NCBI GenBank assembly: GCA_964016885.1
Contig: OZ024741.1
Coordinates: 149,854,001-149,918,000 of the forward strand
Reading direction: 5' to 3'
DNA: 64,000 nucleotides
DNA from: Eledone cirrhosa
Lineage: Eukaryota
The notes under the pieces are model-generated. The model searched no databases, had not been told where the DNA came from, and saw nothing but the letters and a program-made list of their open reading frames with translations. This document shows positions 55,796 to 64,000 of this stretch, piece by piece (within the stretch, counting starts at the first letter, position 1; each line of letters begins with the position of its first letter). A program made the position numbers and the translations under genes.

Positions 55796-56707
55796 TACAA
55801 ATGCTGTTTACGAAGGATCAACTCCTAAATAAAAAAGACGAACTCGTAACTGCATACAAACACAGATTGCGGAAGTCTTACCTCGCCCTCAAACCCCCTA
55901 ATGATCCGGTTGGGTAGACAAGGGCTGAAACACCCCACTTGCCGAATAAGATATGGAAAACCCCAACTTATATAGGTAGATGTACCCCCTTTCTTTTCCT
56001 CTATGTTTTCTTCTTCCCTTTGTCTCCTCCTATCACTTCTTCCCACCACCGATCTTCTTCCTCGTTTGTTTCTTTGTTTTTTTTCCCCTTTCGCCTACCC
56101 GAGGCAGCCCATCGAGCCTCTTTAGCCTCAGTACCCCACCCCAATAACTTATAGATAGCATTGGCCGATAACGCTATACTAAATATTCATAGCAGCTGTG
56201 TTAGACCCCAGAGATGTGGTATTAATTTTTAATACCCAATTCTAAAATTTCAATAATTCTCATCTAGCAACTCATTCTATAGCATTGGCCGACATAGCAG
56301 AACCAACTAAATATAGCAGCTGTGTTAGACTCCTTAGTTTTTGTTTTATTTCACTTCTCACTTTCCAATCTTACATTCTGATATATCTTTCTCTCATTTT
56401 TTATTATATTCTTTTTTATTATATTTTTTCAATGTCCCCTAATCTCATTTGATTTACCAATTCTATAACGTCCCTCCTCCTTTTTTCTAAAGAAACCTTT
56501 TTTCGCCTACCTCCTCTGGCCTACTTTCATACACATCCCTTAGAATTTGCCGTGTAGATTTGACCTTCAACGCTTGACCGGCTCTACCCACTCCCCTATA
56601 GTTCTACAGGCAAGTTCAGGCACCCCCCAACCCGCACCCACTACCATGATAGACTTTTCTGCGTCTGCTACAAATTTTGACTAATCTTCTACAATCTTCC
56701 CATATAA

Positions 56708-56822
56708 GGAAGTACCCCTTGAAAAGTTCGGCTATTTATTTACCAGACTAAAAAAACTCTTAATTTAGTCCAGAAATAGCCGTCGAAACGGCTTGAGCTC
56801 TGCCGTCGGGGTCATACTTTCT
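56708..56822 (+). ncRNA. Type I hammerhead ribozyme, U3-A8 core variant
   Basis: ACCCC-UUGAAAA-G..CGGCUAUUU/AAAUAGCCG.C-GAAA-CGGC(UUGAGCUCU)GCCG-UC/GGGGU. All three stems pair; GUC cleavage after 56807. Confidence 0.8.
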
Positions 56823-57119
56823 CCTATTACCCACTCTACTACCCTAAGTATTGAGTACTCTGGTGCGTTATGGTCCATCTGGTTCCTTACCACAACTCCT
56901 TCGTTATATATATATATATATATTCTCTTTTTTTTTTCAAAATACGTCAGAATTTGTTTATCCCTTCCAGATATTATTTGGTCGTCTTCGTGTTATTATT
57001 CCACCTCCTCAACAACTTCCCCGCGGCTCTCCTCATCTCCGCCGTCTTTAGCTTTTGTCGCCATTCACTTCTTTCCACACATCGTTGTCATCTTAATTAT
57101 ACAGCAGACATCATAGTTA

Positions 57120-57322
57120 TCTCTCCCCCTCCTCCTCCTCCCCCCCCTCCCCCTCCTCCTCCTCCTCCTCCTCCTCCTCCTCATCATCATCATCATCATC
57201 ATCATCACCACCGCCTCCATCATCATCATCGTCATTATCAAGAAGAAGAAGAAGAAGAAGAAGAAGAAGAAGAAGAAGAAGAAGAATAACAACAACAACA
57301 ACCACCACCATCACCACCAACA
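57120..57322. repeat. Compound trinucleotide microsatellite (CCT)(CAT)(GAA)(CAA)
   Basis: Direct observation. Confidence 0.9.
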
Positions 57323-57639
57323 CAAAATACGTATGTATCTCTTTCCTTTAAGCAAAATTCTATTCTTTGCCAGACGACATCAACTAAGTTCGATCGCTTG
57401 CTGTTTGTTCATCTAAAGTATGGCAGGCAAGTAATATGGCTGATTAAAAATACCCTAGAGGAGTCACACAATTGTCATATAATGAGGCTATGAACTTTAA
57501 CTATGCAATGAGTAGAGGAAAATTTCTCCTAGGAGTGCTTAAAGTTTAAGGGGTCGATCGTCAGTTTCGACCAAGGAAATATGGTTCCATTGTTTTGTTT
57601 TTCTTGTTCCCTATACTATCTACCAGTCGAAACTCCTGG

Positions 57640-57865
57640 CAAAAGAAGACAGGATTTAAACTCAGAACGCACAGAGCTGGAAAATATATCGCAAAGTATC
57701 ACGTCCGACTCTTTAACAAGGCATAGACTGGTATTTATTTATCCACCTCGAAAGGATGAAAGGCAAAGTTGACCTTGACGAGATTCCAACTAAAAACACA
57801 GACAGCCGGAACAAATCCGATACAATTACTTCGACGCTCTAACAATTCAGTCAATTCGCTGCTTA
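57640..57865 (-). mobile_element. Old diverged SINE copies
   Basis: GGATGAAAGGCAAAGTTGACCT core and GGATTTAAACTCAGAACG. Confidence 0.65.
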
Positions 57866-58049
57866 ACATATAAAAACAATTAAGGCAGATAACTGCTGAA
57901 AATATAGGAATGTGGATCTGGTCTTGAAATGGCACTAGGGGGAATGTCATGAGACCCCACCCTCTGTCAACATAATCTTTCAGTTACTAAAATAAATAAC
58001 AACAAAAACACAAGACAAACTAACCAAGTAAAAGAAACAAGTAAACAAC

Positions 58050-59111
58050 GAAACCAAACAACCGGTCAACCAACCAATAACCTAGCCATTCTGAAAAACG
58101 AACTAACCAATCAACCAGCCATACTAACCACCCAGTCATACTAACAAACCAAACAACCTACCGAACTACCAATCAACCAACCATCATGTCAACCAACCAA
58201 CCAACCAACCAACCAACCAACCAACCAACCAACCAACCAACCAACCAACCAACCAACCAACCAACCTACCAACCTACCAATCAACCAACCATCATGTCAA
58301 CCAACCAACCAACCAATCAACCAACCAACCAACCAACCTACCAACCAACCAACCAGCCAACTAACCTACTAACCAAACCAACTAACCAACTAACCAACAA
58401 ACCAACCAACCAGCCAACTAACCTACTAACCAACTAACTAACCAACTAAACAACCAACCAACTAACCAACCAACCTACCAATCAACCAACTAACCAACCT
58501 ACCAAACAACCAGGCAACCAGCCAGCTAACAAACAAGCAAGCAAGCAAGCAAGCAACCAGCCAACCAGCCAGCTAACAACCACCCAACAAACCAACCAAT
58601 CAACTAAACATGCAACCGGCAATCGAACGGAGAAACCAATTAACCAACCAACCAACCAGCCAACCAACAAAAGAACGAACCAGACAGCCACCCTGCCAGC
58701 CAACGAATGAACGAATCCACATACCAGCCAACCGACCAACCAGCCGACCAATCAACCAAACAACCAATCAAGCAGCTATCAATCAACCAAAAAACCAGCC
58801 AGCCAACGAACGAAAGAACGAACCAATCAAATATTCACCCAATCAATCAACCAACCAACCAGCCAACCAACCAACCAACCAACCAACCAACCAACCAACC
58901 AACCAACCAACCAACCAATCAACCAACCAACCAGTGACAGTAACCAATCAGCCAGTCAACGAACGAACCAGCCAACGAACCAGCCAACCAACCAAGCATC
59001 CAACCTACCAACCAACCAACAAACAAACTAACTAAGCAAGCAACTAATGAAGCAAACAGCCAACGAACCAACGAACCAACTAAGCAAGGAACTAAACAAG
59101 TAAACAGCCTA

Positions 59112-59164
<53 letters not shown>

Positions 59165-59400
59165 TAAACAAGAAACTAAACAGCCAGCCAGTCAATCAAC
59201 CAGCTAAACAAACAGAACCTGACCAAATCAAGCCACCCCATTCCAGCCCAGCCCTGTCCAGTCAAGGCCAGCCCAGTCCAGACATGACGTAACCAAGTCA
59301 CACCAGCCCAGCCCAGCCCAACCCAGCCTACCTCAGACAAGACAATATGTAACCAAGCGACACCAGCCAAGTCCAGTCCTGCCCAATCTAGCCCACTCAT
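58050..59400. repeat. Degenerate (ACCA)n / (AAGC)n / (CCAGC)n satellite
   Basis: Direct observation. Confidence 0.9.
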
Positions 59401-60120
59401 TTGATTTATTTAAAGGGAAATGAGAGAATAATAAAGAAAAAAACAACAAAAAAAAAACAACAAAGAAAACCAAAAGAAAAATCTCCGAAACGAGACAAAA
59501 TGAAAACCAAATCACTATTTTGTGTATAATTCAATATTGGTATTAAATGTGTGTTTAATTCGGTTATGAAAAAATCATCGTAAATTTATTATCTAAAATA
59601 GCAATTTTAGAAAGACAAACACAAACAGCCCACAAACTTATTACATACGTCGTAGATACACACAAACACACAAGGCACAATCACATCTACAATGGCACAA
59701 CGCACATTAACATACACAAACAATACACAAAGCCACACCACACGCAAACATACACAATCTACGCACAAAAGCACATACACAGATACAAACACACGACACA
59801 TACAAACAGACAAGACACAATTACACACACAAACACACACCAGACACAAACATACACAAACACATAGCACGCACACAAAATCATACAATGCGCAAACCCA
59901 CCACACACATACAGACCGCAGACATACACACATACAGACCACAAGCATACACACATACAGACCTCAAACATACACCCATATAGACCGCAGACACACACAC
60001 ATTCAGACCACAAACATACACACATACAGACCTCTCAGACATACACACATATAGACCTCAGACATATACAATTAACACAACAACGCGATAATTGCAATAA
60101 TGTATATAATATGTAAGTAT

Positions 60121-60712
60121 TATTGCAATATAAGGGCGGTGGATTGGCAGTATCGGTAGAGGGTCGGACGCCATGCTTTCCAGCATAGTTACGTCCCTTT
60201 ATGATCTGAGTTCAAATCCCGCCGAGGTTGACTTTGCCTTTCATCCTTACGGAGTCGATAAAATAAAGTACCAGTAATGCACTGGGGTAATTGCTGGCCT
60301 TGTGCCTAAAGTAGAAACAATTATTGCAATATAAGGGCGGTGGATTGGCAGTATCGTTAGAGGGTCGGACGCCATGCTTTCCAGTATAGTTACGTCCCTT
60401 TACGATCTGGGTTCAAATCCCGCCGAGGTTGACTTTGCCTTTCATCCTTACGGGGTCGATAAAATAAAGTACCAGTAATGCACTGAGAAATTGCTGGCCT
60501 TGTGCCTAAAGTAGAAACAATTATTGCAATATAAGGGCGGTGGATTGGCAGTATCGGTAGAGGCTCGGACGCCATGCTTTGCAGCGTAGAGTTACGTCTG
60601 AGTTCAAATCCCGCCGAGGTTAACTTTGCTTTTCAACTTTACGGGGTCGATAACATACTAGTAATACACTGGGGTAATTGCTGGCCTTGTGACAAATGTA
60701 GAAACAATTATT
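60121..60712 (+). mobile_element. Head-to-tail trimer of the tRNA-derived SINE
   Basis: Units start at 60121, 60322 and 60522, each with A and B boxes. Confidence 0.9.
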
Positions 60713-60987
60713 TATATAGAAATATTAGTGGCGGTAGGGTGGAGTGGGGTTGAGGCAATAAAGCAGCAACAACGACAAACAATGATGACAACAACAGCAG
60801 CAACAGCAGCAGCAGCAGCAACAATAACAACAGCAATAATGTCAACGACATCAACAACAACTACAACAGCATTAGCAATAATAATAATGTCAATAACAAA
60901 AAACAGCAACCACAATATCAGTGGTAACAACAACATAGCAACAATGACAGCACCATCAATATGTTTGATTATATATATATGTATATA

Positions 60988-61046
60988 CAGGGTGTTCCCC
61001 AAAAATGTACTAATCAAAGAGTGTATACATTTTTGGGGACACCCTG
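60988..61046. mobile_element. 59-bp Tc1/mariner-type MITE
   Basis: TA|CAGGGTGTTCCCCAAAAATGTA...TACATTTTTGGGGACACCCTG|TA. Confidence 0.75.
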
Positions 61047-61169
61047 TATATATATATATATATATATATATGAAGACTCTCTTCCTTCTATTGCAAGCGT
61101 TAAACTAATATATTTCTTCCATATACTGTGACGTTTGTTTTGTTATTTTTGTTATTTCTGTTTACCTTT

Positions 61170-61657
61170 TACACACACACAAACACACACACATATATAT
61201 ATATAAACACAAACACAAACACACACATATATATATATATTTATATGTAAACACAAACACACACACACATATATATATATATATATTTATATGTAAACAC
61301 AAACACACACACATGTATATATAAATATATATTTATATGTAAACACAAACACACACACACATATATATATATTTAAATTATTAAAAAAATAATGAATAAA
61401 CAAAGAAACAGTTCCTTATATTAAAAAAAATTCAGTTCCTTATATTAAAAAAAAAGAAACAGTTCCTTATACACTACCGTAAACTTTTGGTAGATTTATC
61501 TACATATATATATTTATATGTAAACACAAACACACACACACATATATATATATATATTTATATGTAAACACAAATACACACACACACATATATATATATA
61601 TTTATATGTAAACAAACACACACACACATATATATATATATTTATATGTAAACACAA

Positions 61658-61691
<34 letters not shown>

Positions 61692-61797
61692 TTATATGTA
61701 AACACAAACACACACACATGTATATATATATATATATTTATCTGTAAACACAAACACACACACACATATATATATATATTTATATGTAAACACAAAT

Positions 61798-61843
<46 letters not shown>

Positions 61844-62430
61844 GTAAACACAAACACACACACACATACATATATATATATATTTATATGTAAACACAAA
61901 CACACACACATACATATATATATATATTTATATGTAAACACAAACACACACACACACATATATATATATATTTATATGTAAACACAAACACACACACATA
62001 CATATATATATATATTTATATGTAAACACAAACACAAACACACACACACACATATATATATATTTATATGTAAACACAAACACACACACATACATATATA
62101 TATATATTTATATGTAAACACAAACACACACATACATATATATATATATTTATATGTAAACACAAACACACACACACATATATATTTATATGTAAACACA
62201 AACACACACACACACACATATATATATATTTATATGTAAACACAAACACACACACATACATATATATATATATTTATATGTAAACACAAACACACACATA
62301 TATATATATATATTTATATGTAAACACAAACACACACACATATATATATATATATTTATATGTAAACACAAACACACACACACATATATATATATATATA
62401 TTTATATGTAAACACAAACACACACATATA
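61170..62430. repeat. About 40-bp compound minisatellite TTTATATGTAAACACAAA(CA)n(TA)n
   Basis: More than 25 units with variable CA and TA lengths. Confidence 0.95.
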
Positions 62431-62546
62431 ATGACAAAAGTATCTAAAAAATACAAGAGGGGTGCTGTAAGTGTAAAATGAAACGCTTATTGTAAATTTA
62501 TATAGGAATATTAGGAGGCTTATATAAATAACAACTACTACTACTG

Positions 62547-62597
<51 letters not shown>

Positions 62598-62691
62598 TTA
62601 CTACTACTATAACAATAAATGAATACCAATCAATAGATCAATAATTGTTTCTACTTTTGGCACAATAGATCAATAATTGTTTCTACTTTTA

Positions 62692-62883
62692 GGGCGGTGG
62701 ATTGGCAGTATCGGTAGAAGGTCGGACACCATGCTTTGACGCATAGAGTTACGGCCCTTGCCATTCTGAGTTCAAATCCCACCGAGGTTAACTTTGCCTT
62801 TCATCCTTACGGGGTCGATAAATAAAGTACCAGTAATGCACTGGGTAATTGCTGGCCTTGTGCCAAAAGTAGAAACAATTATT
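62692..62883 (+). mobile_element. tRNA-derived SINE
   Basis: Full consensus from GGGCGGTGG to AGTAGAAACAATTAT. Confidence 0.9.
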
Positions 62884-63016
62884 TATTTATGTTCATACAC
62901 GGAACAAAAGCGCTACCTAAGGTTTCAAGGCCCAATAGTGACCATATCTCCAGATTGTTAGAGGGATCAAAATTGTGACCTATATTTAGGCGCTTATATA
63001 TATATATATATATATC

Positions 63017-63137
63017 TAATATAGAAATGGCTTCTACAGGGCTAGAACTGTTTCATTCGAAGGAAATCATCAGGGCTTTCCTGATGATTTCCTTCGAATA
63101 AAACAGTTCTAGTCCTGTAGAAGCCATGTCTATATTA
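63017..63137. repeat. 58-bp-arm palindrome containing degenerate hammerhead motifs
   Basis: 63017-63074 and 63080-63137 are inverted, with CTGATGA..(G/A)AAA-CAG..CTG-TA on each strand. Confidence 0.8.
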
Positions 63138-63208
63138 AATATTTATACCCTGCTTTGTATTGAGTACCTTACTTACTGTAGTTACCCCCAATTGAACCCG
63201 GGATACAC

Positions 63209-63256
<48 letters not shown>

Positions 63257-63262
63257 CTCTTT

Positions 63263-63712
63263 CTGTCTGACGCGTGGAACATCGCCGGTAAGCTTTTTTG
63301 TTAATTTCTATACAAAAAACCGAACTAATTGTTTGAAAAACCATAACATTTTGTAGATTAACCCCCAGGCTGAATTGTCAGCTGGGTGGCAATCTTATTT
63401 TTCGCCCCCAAAGGGGAGAAAATTTAATTTGAAATTAATTTGAAAACTGTTTAAAATTTTTGAATATTTTGCCATCAGCTATGGCAAGCGTTCAAGGAAC
63501 GCTAGCGAACGTTGAAGAAGGAAAAAGAAAAGAAATAGACTTTAACGTTGCTAAAATTCTGCCTGTATCGAGGTAGTTAACAACAGAGCTTTGTGTAACG
63601 AAAGTGAAGTAGACAACACAAACAAAATTGAATCGCACAGTGAACCACACAGTATACAACACACTAAAATCAACAGAAAAAACAATTGACACAACTACAA
63701 ACGGAAAACTCG

Positions 63713-63770
<58 letters not shown>

Positions 63771-64000
63771 AATAACTTATACAGAAACAGTCACAAATCA
63801 TAATAATAACGTTACTTCTAACTCCGCATGTATTGGCGTCACCATGGAAACCAATATGAACAACAAGAATAAAAACAAGATCGAACTACACACAGTACAA
63901 CAGACGGAAAAAACAACAGAAAATAAAACCATTGACACAACTACAAACGGAAAACCCGACAACCACAACAACAATAACAATAACAACAACAACAACAACA
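63263..64000 (+). mobile_element. 5' end of Tx1/L1-type LINE (copy F), truncated by window end
   Basis: 5' UTR homologous to copy B (CTGACGCGTGGAACATCGCCGGTAAG, GCTGAATTGTCAGCTGGGTGG). Preceded by (TATC)n at 63210-63255. Confidence 0.85.

Noticed and set aside
60133-60225. tRNA gene
   Set aside because: A and B boxes belong to the SINE head; no proper cloverleaf.

Overview
Eukaryotic, microsatellite-rich, gene-poor DNA made almost entirely of mobile-element debris. The abundant tRNA-derived SINE resembles octopus SINEs, so a cephalopod origin is likely (inference). No intact host gene is supportable. Contents: six Tx1/L1-type LINE copies (three near full length, all disabled) bordered by (TATC)n or (ATT)n microsatellites, a near-full-length RTE LINE in (TACA)n, CRE-like and R4/Dong-like restriction-endonuclease LINE fragments, a mariner remnant, MITEs, a possible Helitron, and many SINEs and minisatellites. 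The signal missed by the ORF track is RNA: about nine type I hammerhead ribozyme motifs from about five unrelated sequence families between 31.6 and 63.2 kb. Three families lie in fold-back palindromes with one outward-facing copy per arm. One lies in a 1376-bp-period direct repeat that could release a retrozyme-like monomer. One has a U3-A8 variant core. Most share a 3' architecture of ribozyme, GAGTACTC-like octamer, about 40-46 nt, then (TA)n, consistent with Penelope-like element termini. All structures were derived by eye; coordinates of degenerate elements are approximate.
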